Source: an uncultured Verrucomicrobiae bacterium
Lineage (GTDB): Bacteria > Verrucomicrobiota > Verrucomicrobiia > Chthoniobacterales > Chthoniobacteraceae
NCBI GenBank assembly: GCA_963767975.1
Contig: CAVYGI010000001.1
Coordinates: 19,044-83,043 of the forward strand
Reading direction: 5' to 3'
DNA length: 64,000 nucleotides
Below the pieces are notes generated by a model that saw nothing but the letters and a program-made list of their open reading frames with translations, ran no database searches and was not told the DNA's origin. Within the stretch, counting starts at the first letter, position 1; every line of letters begins with the position of its first letter. The translations under genes were made by a program, and so were the position numbers. Of the stretch, positions 53,454-64,000 are shown one piece after another.

Positions 53454-54840
53454 ATGTCTGAATCGCTCGAAAATTCCGCCCGCCGTGTCGTCGCTCGCCT
53501 GAGCGAGGCGGGCTTCACGGCCTACTTGGCCGGCGGTTGCGTGCGTGACCTGCTCCTGGGCGCGGCGCCCCACGACTACGACATCGCCACCGATGCGCGA
53601 CCTGAAGAGGTGCAGAAGCTTTTCCGCCGGACCGTCGCCGTCGGTGCGCAATTCGGCGTCGTCTGCGTCCTCGAAGAAGGCGCGGAATTTCAGGTCGCTT
53701 CCTTCCGTTCCGACGGAAAATACATCGACGGGCGACACCCGGAGACCGTGGCCTTTTCCACCGCACAGGAAGACGCCGAGCGCCGCGACTTCACGGTCAA
53801 CGGCATGTTTTTCGATCCGCGCGAAAACAAAGTCATCGACTACGTTGGCGGCCAGCGCGATCTCGCCGCGCGACTCCTGCGAGCCATCGGCGATCCCGTC
53901 GCGCGCTTCCGCGAAGACCGCCTGCGCATGCTGCGCGCCGTCCGATTTGCGACCGTCCTGGGCTTCGATATCGACCCACCGACCTGGCGCGCAGTCACGG
54001 AAAACGCCGTCCACATCGGCGAAGTCAGTGCCGAGCGCATCCGAGAGGAACTCGTGAAAATTTTTACCGCGCCCGGGCGGGTGCGGGGTTTCGACCTGCT
54101 CGATCAAAGCGGACTGATGCGCAAGATCTTACCCGAAATCGAAGCGCTCAAAGGCTGCGAGCAACCGCCACAATTTCATCCCGAGGGCGACGTCTTCGTC
54201 CACACCCGGCGTATGCTTGAGCTGCTCCCGGAATCCGTCTCCACCCCGCTCGTCTTCGCGGTGCTTTTCCACGACATCGGGAAGCCAGGCACGTTCAGTT
54301 GCGACCCGGTCGAGCAGCGCATCCGCTTTAATGGCCACGATAAACTCGGCGCCGAGATGACCGAGAAAGTGATGACCCGGCTCCGCTTTTCGCGCCGCGA
54401 GATCGACGCCACCGTCGAAGCGGTGGCGCAGCACATGGTGTTCAAAGACGTGCAACAGATGCGCGTCGCCAAACTCAAGCGCTTCATGTCGCGTTCCACT
54501 TTCGACGAGGAAATGGAACTGCACCGCGTCGACTGCACCAGCAGCCACGGCATGCTCGACAACTACCATTTTCTCCGCGCGAAATCCGAGGAGTTCGCCA
54601 GCGAGCCGCTCATTCCGCCACCGCTGATTGGCGGCAAAGACTTGCTGGAGCTTGGACTGAAAGCCGGGCCTCAGTTCAAGCCGATCCTCGAATCTGTGCA
54701 ATCACGCCAGCTCGAAGGCACCCTCAGCAACCGCGCCGATGCCCTGGCGTTTGTCCGCGCGACATTCTCCATCGAGCCCCACCGCACCCACCTCCGAAGC
54801 CGTCGCCACCGAGCACGAGCCGGCGAGGTCAGATCCCTGA
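53454..54840 (+). CDS. cca: CCA-adding enzyme / poly(A) polymerase-family tRNA nucleotidyltransferase with an HD domain; 3' end unresolved
   Basis: ATG at 53454 (MSESLENSARRVV). Motifs: YLAGGCVRDLLLG, DYDIAT, RRDFTVNGMF and HD (VLFHDIGKP). The track ORF stays open to 55049, through tRNA-Pro. The +1 frame ends at TGA 54838-54840 (SPSSPTAPTSEAVATEHEPARSDP*). Confidence 0.75.
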
Positions 54841-54926
54841 CTGCCGGGTCCTCTGGTTTCCGCGAATCGCGCGACCTTTGTGTTGACCATCCGGCGGCGC
54901 TTGCTACCTTCGCGCTTCGTCATTTT

Positions 54927-55000
54927 CGGGCTGTGGCTCAGCTTGGTAGAGCGCCTCGTTCGGGTCGAGGAGGTCCAGGGTTCGAATCCCTGCAGCCCGA
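54927..55000 (+). tRNA. tRNA-Pro (anticodon CGG)
   Basis: Hand fold: CGGGCTG/TG/GCTC-AGCTTGGTA-GAGC/G/CCTCG-TTCGGGT-CGAGG/AGGTC/CAGGG-TTCGAAT-CCCTG/CAGCCCG/A. The acceptor stem is perfect and the C1:G72 pair is typical of tRNA-Pro. Confidence 0.9.
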
Positions 55001-55166
55001 CTCTCCCCAAACTCACTGGATGAGCTGCGAAAATAGTTCTCTTCCTTGAAACTGTGTTTCTGCTCCTCGGAGCTACGGACCTAACGACAGAATTTGACCT
55101 TTGAAGCTTCGGGCGATCTCGCTGATTGGGGGCGACAGCTTCAAACGCAGGCACGGAAACTGGCCG

Positions 55167-57486
<2,320 letters not shown>

Positions 57487-57521
57487 TTCATCTGACTCCG
57501 CCCCTTCTTCAGCAAACAGAA

Positions 57522-58844
57522 TTACAACGCGGTGATAGCCACAGTTGCCGACGCCCACGAATTGCGCGGAATGCTGTGCGAAATTGTAGTCTGCGGAACC
57601 GCAACACAACGATTTGCTGGGTCTGGAATCCAGTAGATAACGTTTGCTGTCGTCGGGTTGAAATTCTCCAAGACAGCCAAGACATAGCTATTCGAGTGAA
57701 GGCTCGCTTGTTGCCACTCACGATTGGTCAACGACGGCGAACACAGCCCAAGCGAGCTTTTCACTTCGACGTATCGTTTCCTGGAACCTTTTTGAGCGAA
57801 GATGTCATAACCGAGTTGTTGGCGGGAAACGACATAAGCCAGCCACCCATCCGAAATCAAAGCGGACGCAACAAACTGTTCAGCCTCCCAACCCGTGTTG
57901 ATTGCCGGAGGCGGCGTTGGCGTGCCTGATAGAACAGGGGAAGTTGGAATAGTTGTTGTCCGCGGACGGCGTGCTGACGTTCGCTGCGCTATTGTCGGGG
58001 GCACCGGCAACTGTGACGGCAGTTGCGCTCCCAGCGATGCACTTGCCGGCCAACTAGAAGACTGCGTTAGCCGCGCGTTGAGAGGATGCTGGATTGAATC
58101 ATCGAAGAACGCCGAGAATTCTGGCTGCGAAAAATTAAAATCAGCCATGAAGTCGGCCAGTCGCACGCTAGTTCGTGTCCCGAGCACCAGCCCAGGGTCC
58201 GCATCGTGATAAAGCGCGACGATCAGCGGTAAGATGGGAATTCTAACCTGCGACGGGGCTACGTATGGCTCAAAGTTTGATATGTTCTGGAGATCGGTTA
58301 CGGCGTATCCACTTCCGCCCGGATCGATTCGCAACCACTTCCTGTGACTCTCACCTCGGTAGCCAGCGCCGGAGGGACAAAGCGAACATCGTGCGTCAAT
58401 CAGTGTTCCCGCAACCGGAGTCTGCAAGTGGCGACACTGGCTTCGGTCTTGGTTTAAGAAAGTTGGACTGGAGAGGTCTGCTGGTGGTGCGTAGCAGCCG
58501 ATTCCTTTTTGAAGATTGAAATTGTTCCGCCAAGTATTCTGCGCTCCCGAGTTGCCCGGCCCAACCAAGCCGGTCCTTGCAAGGAAATTCCCTTCAAAAA
58601 GAGACAGAACACACTGGTTCGGCGGGCGCGACAACTTTGCATACAAATCATCAAGGAGCGCCTGAAGAACTTCAGTCGTGATGAACGATCCTGCATACAT
58701 ACTCGGCAGACTGTTTTGGAAGAACTTCAGGCCAAGGAAAATTTGGATGAAGCGACCCTTAAATGCTTGTCCAATAGTTTGCTTGTGTGCCCTCAAACAT
58801 CCGAGAGCGTCTTGAAACAACGTTGGATCGCTGACCGGTATCAT
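57522..58844 (-). CDS. Uncharacterised protein: N-terminal Cys-cluster domain, Pro/Thr-rich linker, C-terminal PD-(D/E)XK-like (DUF3883-like) domain; candidate restriction endonuclease
   Basis: Intact 440-aa ORF. Four Cys lie within aa 117-156 (GIGCY...SQCRH...ARCSLCPSG). The linker covers aa ~262-317 (PSQLPVPPTIAQRTSARRPRTTTIPTSPVLSGTPTPPP). The C-terminus has GYDIFAQKGSRKRYVEVKSS...LTNREW...YVLAVL, a D...E-x-K nuclease pattern. The region is AT-richer than its flanks. Confidence 0.6.
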   Translation of the reverse strand: MIPVSDPTLFQDALGCLRAHKQTIGQAFKGRFIQIFLGLKFFQNSLPSMYAGSFITTEVLQALLDDLYAKLSRPPNQCVLSLFEGNFLARTGLVGPGNSGAQNTWRNNFNLQKGIGCYAPPADLSSPTFLNQDRSQCRHLQTPVAGTLIDARCSLCPSGAGYRGESHRKWLRIDPGGSGYAVTDLQNISNFEPYVAPSQVRIPILPLIVALYHDADPGLVLGTRTSVRLADFMADFNFSQPEFSAFFDDSIQHPLNARLTQSSSWPASASLGAQLPSQLPVPPTIAQRTSARRPRTTTIPTSPVLSGTPTPPPAINTGWEAEQFVASALISDGWLAYVVSRQQLGYDIFAQKGSRKRYVEVKSSLGLCSPSLTNREWQQASLHSNSYVLAVLENFNPTTANVIYWIPDPANRCVAVPQTTISHSIPRNSWASATVAITAL

Positions 58845-58850
58845 CGGGAC

Positions 58851-61739
58851 CTAAACTCTGCCCACGAAGGAGCGAAGATACTCTCCTGAGGATATTTCAC
58901 CGCGCATGAGCTGTTGAAACGGATTTTGCGGCGGAGACGCATATCCTTTGTGGGAGCCGTTTTCCCCGGGCCTCAATGAAGGAAGGTCAGACAGAGCATC
59001 CTCCACGGAAACAGCTTTCGTGACATGTCCGAAGAGCGAAGGCTCTTGTTCCATGCCAGTGATCGCCGCTGGCGGGGAGACATTCCACCCTGCTGGTAAA
59101 CTCACCATAATAAGGCGCTTTCGGCGCTGCGGCACGGCGTATCGTTCGGCATTCAGAACCCAAGGGACGAGGGGGTTGTCGAGAATCTGCAACTCACGTC
59201 GAATCATCTCGAAGACCGAACCGCCTTCCATGTTGAGCAACCCTGTCACGTTCTCGAAAACGAAGCCATCCGGGCGGATGGTTTCCACCAACGCCTTGAA
59301 CTCCTTGAACAGATGGTTGCGCTCGTCGCCAAGCGATCGGCAGTTGCCCGCGGTGGAAAACCCCTGACACGGTGGGCCGCCGATGACGAGCAGCGGCACA
59401 CCATCGCGGCGCTCGCGGGTGATGATTTCCACGAGGCGGCGGAAAATATGCGGCTCGCGAATGTCACCCGTGACCGCGACGGGATGAACGTTGCGTCGGT
59501 AGCTTTCGAGGAAATCGTTCTCAATGTCGTTTGCCACGATGGGTTCCCAACCTGCCCATCGGAAGCCCAGCGAGAGGCCGCCGGCTCCGCTGAACAAATC
59601 CACGTATTGCCCGACCACGGGCAAAGTGCGCGCGATTTGAAACGCCAGCAGCGGCGGCACTGCATTCCCGATTTGTTTCTGCACCGAGAGATGAGCGCCG
59701 ACAAAAGCAAATCGGTCGGGGAATGACTGGAGCCGTGCGGCCTCGCGCTCGGAAAGAACGCGGTGTTGCCCTCCCGCGTAGTCGTAGTGCAAGTGGCAGC
59801 CGTTACCGGGGCGGTTGAAGTAGGTGTTGATCGTGTAGGCAGGACGCGCGGGGTGCAGGCGGCCGTAATAAGTCGAACGGCTGCCTTCGCCAGCGGCAAA
59901 GCTGACCCGGATTTGCTCTAGGCGCTTCGATGGCACCTCGTGCGGGATATTCTTCCAGTTGCCGCCCGGCGGCACGGCAATGGCAACGTCTAGGTCGAGC
60001 TTGCTGAGTTTCGCTGAGTAGTGATTTGGGATTCTCGCCTCCATCCCGTGAAGTGCGGGTTGGGTTGTCTCGCAACTTCCATTGTCAGCGGAGACAACAT
60101 CCTGAGCGTCGGAATCGACGTCGAAAAGTCTCAGCATTTCGGCGCGGAAATTCTCCGGCAACCGGTCAAAGAATCCGAGTTGCATGATGAACTCCTCACG
60201 CGTCAGGCCGTAGGCGCGCGCGACCGCCACCTCGACCGCCGCTTCCGCCCCCGCTTCGCCGTCCAACACACGCCGGGTCAACGCAGAAAGCGTGCGCACC
60301 GTGCGAGCATCGTCGAACCGTGGCACGCGCACCTCTCGCACGCTGCCGAGCGAGACGTGTCCAGTGCCGAGCTTGGAGCGGAGCTGAAACTCAAATGGGA
60401 GTGAATTGATGATGCCAAGCAGCGCGTGAAGCTTGTCCATGTCGCCGTCTTTGAAATACCCGACGTGCAAAGAATTCCCGGTGACGCAGCCCGCGGGCAG
60501 CAATGTGGCGATCATCCGGCGCACTTGCGAGCGACGCGAAACGTCGCGCCATGTCAGCCGTGCATGAGCAGCGGAGATGGGCAGTGCGCGGCTCGCATCG
60601 CTCACAAACTCTGTGAACGGATTGAGCACTCCATAACGCGACACTGCGCGCCCCTTCACAAATGGAATCGTGCCCGTAGCGGCGGTGAACCGCCGGTAGC
60701 CCGTCTCATCCCACTCACGCCCGAGCCAGAGCGCATCCGGTTCGTCGCCGCAGAGGTCATCGAGGCGCGGGAGCGGAGACAGGCGGAGAAGGAAACGCAT
60801 TTCGTCCGCCGCGAGGTCGAGCGGAACGGCGTAGCCAAGCCGTTCCAACTCGGATCGGCTCAACTCAAGCCGACTTTCGCCAATCAATCTGCGCTCTGCA
60901 TCGAAGCGCGAAAGCAGCGGTGCAAATTCGGCATCGGGGGTGCGCTCGAAAATCGCGGCGGCACACGTTTGATCGACACCGTCAAAAAGCCGCGCCTCAG
61001 CCGGGTAAGCGAGTAGCCGCCGAAGTGCGGCGTCGTGAAGCAACCACCGGCGGAATCGGGCGCTTACTTGATCGCTGAACAACGAGCTTGGGAGAATGAT
61101 GCCGCACCATCCGCCGGGGCGGAGGAGGCGGATCGAAAGTTCGAGGCCGCATCGGGAGAGATTCGTTCCCCAACCGGAAAACTTTTTCTCCGGCTGCGAC
61201 TGGGGCAGCAGCCGAGCGAGCCGCTCATCGTAATCTCGCAGCGCGGCGACATAGGCAGCGCGTGCTTCTGGCGCGAGTTGCTCGATCTCCCGCCGGTCGG
61301 GCTTGAGTGCCTCCCACGGCGGATTGGTCAGCAACAGATCATACTCACCAGCTCCATCGCGGAGAAAAGTGTCTCCGCTCTCGGCTTCAATCTCCACGCG
61401 CAATTGCAGCTTTTGCGCGCAAGCCGCGACGAGTTCCCGCGCCAACGCCACAGCCTCTGCATCGTTGTCCCAAAGTGAAATGTGAAAGCACGCACCGGCG
61501 AATTTCGGCGAAGAGGCCGAAGCATGGAGAAACGCAACGATCAATCGGCCGTCGCCGCAGAAGGGATCGACGACTCGAACCTCGCGCCCGGCCATTGACG
61601 GGACGTCGTCGAGCAACACCTCACCGATTCGCTCCGCGAGAAACTCCGGCGTGTAAAAACGTCCGTTCGCGCGAGCAATAAGGGCTTTTCCACCCACCCG
61701 CATCTGAGCGTGGGCTGAGAGATGTTCGTTATGCTGCAT
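58851..61739 (-). CDS. Fused DNA methyltransferase: N-terminal gamma-class N6-adenine MTase plus C-terminal circularly permuted C5-cytosine MTase
   Basis: Intact 962-aa ORF. m6A part: FYTPEFLA, VVDPFCGDGR (motif I, 61568-61548) and LLLTNPPW (motif IV, 61328-61314). m5C part: ARLQSFPDRF...QIGNAVPP (motifs IX-X, 59675-59652) lies before VDLFSGAGG (motif I, 59603-59577). Then GGPPCQGFS (motif IV, 59381-59355), FENV and PQRRKRLIMV (motif VIII). Confidence 0.85.
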   Translation of the reverse strand: MQHNEHLSAHAQMRVGGKALIARANGRFYTPEFLAERIGEVLLDDVPSMAGREVRVVDPFCGDGRLIVAFLHASASSPKFAGACFHISLWDNDAEAVALARELVAACAQKLQLRVEIEAESGDTFLRDGAGEYDLLLTNPPWEALKPDRREIEQLAPEARAAYVAALRDYDERLARLLPQSQPEKKFSGWGTNLSRCGLELSIRLLRPGGWCGIILPSSLFSDQVSARFRRWLLHDAALRRLLAYPAEARLFDGVDQTCAAAIFERTPDAEFAPLLSRFDAERRLIGESRLELSRSELERLGYAVPLDLAADEMRFLLRLSPLPRLDDLCGDEPDALWLGREWDETGYRRFTAATGTIPFVKGRAVSRYGVLNPFTEFVSDASRALPISAAHARLTWRDVSRRSQVRRMIATLLPAGCVTGNSLHVGYFKDGDMDKLHALLGIINSLPFEFQLRSKLGTGHVSLGSVREVRVPRFDDARTVRTLSALTRRVLDGEAGAEAAVEVAVARAYGLTREEFIMQLGFFDRLPENFRAEMLRLFDVDSDAQDVVSADNGSCETTQPALHGMEARIPNHYSAKLSKLDLDVAIAVPPGGNWKNIPHEVPSKRLEQIRVSFAAGEGSRSTYYGRLHPARPAYTINTYFNRPGNGCHLHYDYAGGQHRVLSEREAARLQSFPDRFAFVGAHLSVQKQIGNAVPPLLAFQIARTLPVVGQYVDLFSGAGGLSLGFRWAGWEPIVANDIENDFLESYRRNVHPVAVTGDIREPHIFRRLVEIITRERRDGVPLLVIGGPPCQGFSTAGNCRSLGDERNHLFKEFKALVETIRPDGFVFENVTGLLNMEGGSVFEMIRRELQILDNPLVPWVLNAERYAVPQRRKRLIMVSLPAGWNVSPPAAITGMEQEPSLFGHVTKAVSVEDALSDLPSLRPGENGSHKGYASPPQNPFQQLMRGEISSGEYLRSFVGRV

Positions 61740-61745
61740 GCGTGT

Positions 61746-63021
61746 TCAGTCTGCCGACTTAAAGGATTTAAAACAAGTTGAGCAGGTTAATTGATGAGGG
61801 CCTGCCGGATTTTGCCCCTCGCCGCCGGAGCCGCTGCTCATGGAGCCATTGGCGAGGAGGAGCCCCATGCTGCCCTGCGGGGCGAGGTGATGGAGCATGT
61901 GCTGGATCCAGGCGAAGTTCGCGTTGCCCCGTCTGCTCGCCCGTTTACCAGCCGCCGCTATTCCCCTCCGCCTCCTCGGCGGGGTGCCGTAGCGCCAGCG
62001 CGGGTCGCCCTCCAGCTTCGCGTCCCACCATTCGCTGATGTTGAACGGCGGATTGGCCATCACGTAGTCGGCGCGCAGGTCGGGGTGCTGGTCGCTGGTG
62101 AAGGAGTTGGCCGGTTCCTTGCCGAAATTGAAGTCGATGCCGCGGATGGCCATGTTCATCGCGGCGAGGCGCCAGGTGGTGGGATTGCTCTCCTGCCCAT
62201 AGACGGAGAGGTTGCCCAGCTTGCCGCCGTGCTCTTCGATGAAGCGCTCGCTCTGGACGAAGAATCCGCCGGAGCCCATGGCGGGATCGTAAACGCGCCC
62301 CTGGTAGGGCTCGAGCATCTCGACGATGAGCGAGACGATGGATTTCGGCGTGAAATACTGGCCACCCTTTTTCCCCTCCGCGAGGGCGAACTGGCCGAGG
62401 AAGTATTCGTAAACGTGGCCGAGGATGTCCTTCGCGTGCAGGTCGGCGTGCTCGAAGGGGATGGTGGCGATGAGGTCGATGAGGCTGCTGAGATTCGCCG
62501 GGTCGAGCTGGAGCTGGGTGTAGGTCTTGTTGAGGACGCCCTTGAGCTTCGGGTTCTCCTTCTCGACGGCATCGAGCGCGTCGTCGATGAGCTTGCCGGT
62601 GGAGGTGATCTTGTAGGTGGTGGTCTTGCCGTTCTTGACCGTGATCTCGGAGCCGGGCGGGAGCTTGGCGCTGTCCTGCAGCGTCTTCCACCGGGCGAGC
62701 GCGGGCACCCAGAAGACGTTCTTCTCGATGTAGTAGTCGCGCTCTTCCAGCTCGGCGCGGATGGCTTCGAGGTATTCGGCGCTGCCTTCGCCGCCGTAGT
62801 CGGCGGGATCGAGGAAGTAGTCGCTCTTCGGATCGCGAAGCTGGGCCTCGATCTCCCGCTGCCGCAGTGGCGAAGGAGTCGGAGACGTATTTGAGGAAGA
62901 TCAGGCCGAGGACGGCGTGCTTATAGACGGCGGCGTCGAGATTGGCGCGGAGCCGGTCGGCGGCGGACCAGAGCTTCTTGTCGAGGTCGCGGAGGAACTG
63001 CTGGGAGGTCTGCTCAGCCAT
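61746..63021 (-). pseudogene. hsdM: Type I restriction-modification M subunit remnant: frameshifted and 3'-truncated
   Basis: ATG at 63021 ([50 protein letters not shown]). A frame change follows. ORF 61746-62708 has [26 protein letters not shown] and GNANFAWIQHML...LLLANGSMSS. Homology (GKIRQALIN in a shifted frame) stops near 61790, where roughly the last fifth of HsdM should follow. No hsdS is present downstream. Confidence 0.8.
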
Positions 63022-63188
63022 CGGTGAGCATTCATTGCCGGAAGCAATACGCATTAGGCGAGCCGGTTTTCATGCAGAGCGGCTCGGCTAGCCGCCATCT
63101 CTAACCCTCCAAATCCCAGACCCGGCTATGCAATTCGACCGCGTTTGGGGGGCGCCCTTGTCAGAGGGCGCGACAGGCCACGGGCCTC

Positions 63189-63491
63189 TTACTTGCCGCC
63201 CTTCGCAGTTGTGAGCGCAATAAGGTCACTCGCAGGGATGTCGGCTAATGTCTCAAGGGAGAGCTCCAGCACTCGGGTGAACAGGAGCAGCTCGTAATCA
63301 GTGATGCAGCGGCGCCGCAGTTCGATTTTCGTGATGACAGTTCGCTCCACGTCCCAGCCAAGCAGTTGCAGTTTCCGCGCGACATCCGCCTGCGACCACC
63401 CCTTTGCCTCGCGAATCTGCCGGAGCATGACGCCAAGCATGTTTCGCTGCGGTGGGATTTTGGTTCGCGTCGGACGTGCCACTTTTGGCAC
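63189..63491 (-). CDS. XRE-family helix-turn-helix transcriptional regulator
   Basis: 100-aa ORF. LGVMLRQIREAKGWSQADVARKLQLLGWDVERTVITKIELRRR is a canonical Cro/C1 HTH. Confidence 0.8.
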   Translation of the reverse strand: MPKVARPTRTKIPPQRNMLGVMLRQIREAKGWSQADVARKLQLLGWDVERTVITKIELRRRCITDYELLLFTRVLELSLETLADIPASDLIALTTAKGGK

Positions 63492-63579
63492 TTGACGCTA
63501 GGGAAGGCTCCCGGTGGTGATGGGTGCCACTTCTGGCACATCGCTCCTGTGATCGGAGGCTGTGCTGCTGCCCTTCCCC

Positions 63580-64000
63580 ATGTCGCCGGCGAACCTTCCC
63601 CCTGTCCTAAACAACGACGAGGCCCGTCTGCTGCGGTGTTTCCATCTCCTTTCAGGGGATGAAAAAGATCGGCTCTTGGTGGCGGCTGGCAGGAGCGCCA
63701 TTGCCGCATGTGATGCCGAAGTGCGGAAGGCATTGGCCAAAGCAAAATCGGCCCAAGAGCGTGCCGAGTCAGACGCCGAACGGCAGAAGGCGATTGATGA
63801 AGCCGAATGGGCCCTCTCGGAGGCGTATGATGATTTCTACTGTTGTCATCTACCCTCCTTGAGCTTCCCGACGTGGGCGTCGCTGATGATTGATTTCCTC
63901 GGCAGCGGTGGGCTGTGCGAGGCGATCCGCGAACACTTCGATGGGTGCTTGGGCGACGCTCTTCTGGGGTCTGTTGCATCGGTCGAGGGATTCGCACTGC
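63580..64000 (+). CDS. Hypothetical protein, partial (continues past the window end)
   Basis: Own translation from ATG 63580: MSPANLPPVLNNDEARLLRCFHLLSGDEKDRLLVAAGRSAIAACDAEVRKALAKAKSAQERAE... It is open to 64000 and not in the ORF track. It is divergent from the XRE gene. Confidence 0.45.
   Translation, partial: MSPANLPPVLNNDEARLLRCFHLLSGDEKDRLLVAAGRSAIAACDAEVRKALAKAKSAQERAESDAERQKAIDEAEWALSEAYDDFYCCHLPSLSFPTWASLMIDFLGSGGLCEAIREHFDGCLGDALLGSVASVEGFAL

Noticed and set aside
55001-55166. An integrase or att repeat right next to tRNA-Pro
   Set aside because: This is only 166 nt of non-coding sequence. No integrase ORF and no repeat of the tRNA 3' end could be found within the window.
63152-63171. 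A 7-bp hairpin (GCGCCCT-TGTCAG-AGGGCGC) downstream of the XRE gene as a terminator
   Set aside because: No U-run follows on the transcribed (minus) strand and the stem is short, so support is weak.

Overview
High-GC bacterial chromosomal segment, about 60-65% G+C by eye. The gene content includes tandem sulfatases, DUF1080 proteins, a PSCyt/DUF1549/DUF1553 gene next to a DUF1501 gene, a giant LTD/CotH surface protein and many Tat or Sec signal peptides. By inference this fits a Verrucomicrobiota/Planctomycetota-type organism (Opitutae-like). No search was run, so every family call rests on motifs I read in the supplied translations or in my own hand translations. Layout: 0-11 kb is a sulfated-glycan degradation cluster. 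12-16 kb holds housekeeping genes (ctpA, tsaD). 16.4-23.2 kb is one intact 2274-aa secreted protein. 23-33 kb holds corA, signalling genes, a phosphoesterase and tRNA-Ala. 33.9-35.2 kb is an AT-richer patch ending at tRNA-Arg. 35-43 kb holds accA, a LysM protein and the DUF1553/DUF1501 pair. 43.1-43.4 kb is a 21-bp tandem array upstream of nrdR. 43.6-54.8 kb is a tightly packed plus-strand array (nrdR, HIT, KAS, three sensor kinases, FadL-like OMP, EthD, cca). From tRNA-Pro (55.0 kb) to the window end lies a defence-type island. The most interesting object is in that island. A decayed type I R-M locus has a 3'-truncated hsdM, no hsdS and a 5'-truncated hsdR. Its middle is occupied by an AT-richer two-gene cassette. 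One gene encodes a 962-aa fused m6A plus circularly permuted m5C DNA methyltransferase. The other encodes a 440-aa uncharacterised protein with a Cys-cluster domain, a Pro/Thr-rich linker and a C-terminal PD-(D/E)XK-like domain, which is type IIS-like nuclease architecture. Many conserved genes, including essential ones, are broken by frameshifts concentrated in patches, which most likely reflects patchy consensus quality. Those genes are listed as pseudogene with that caveat.
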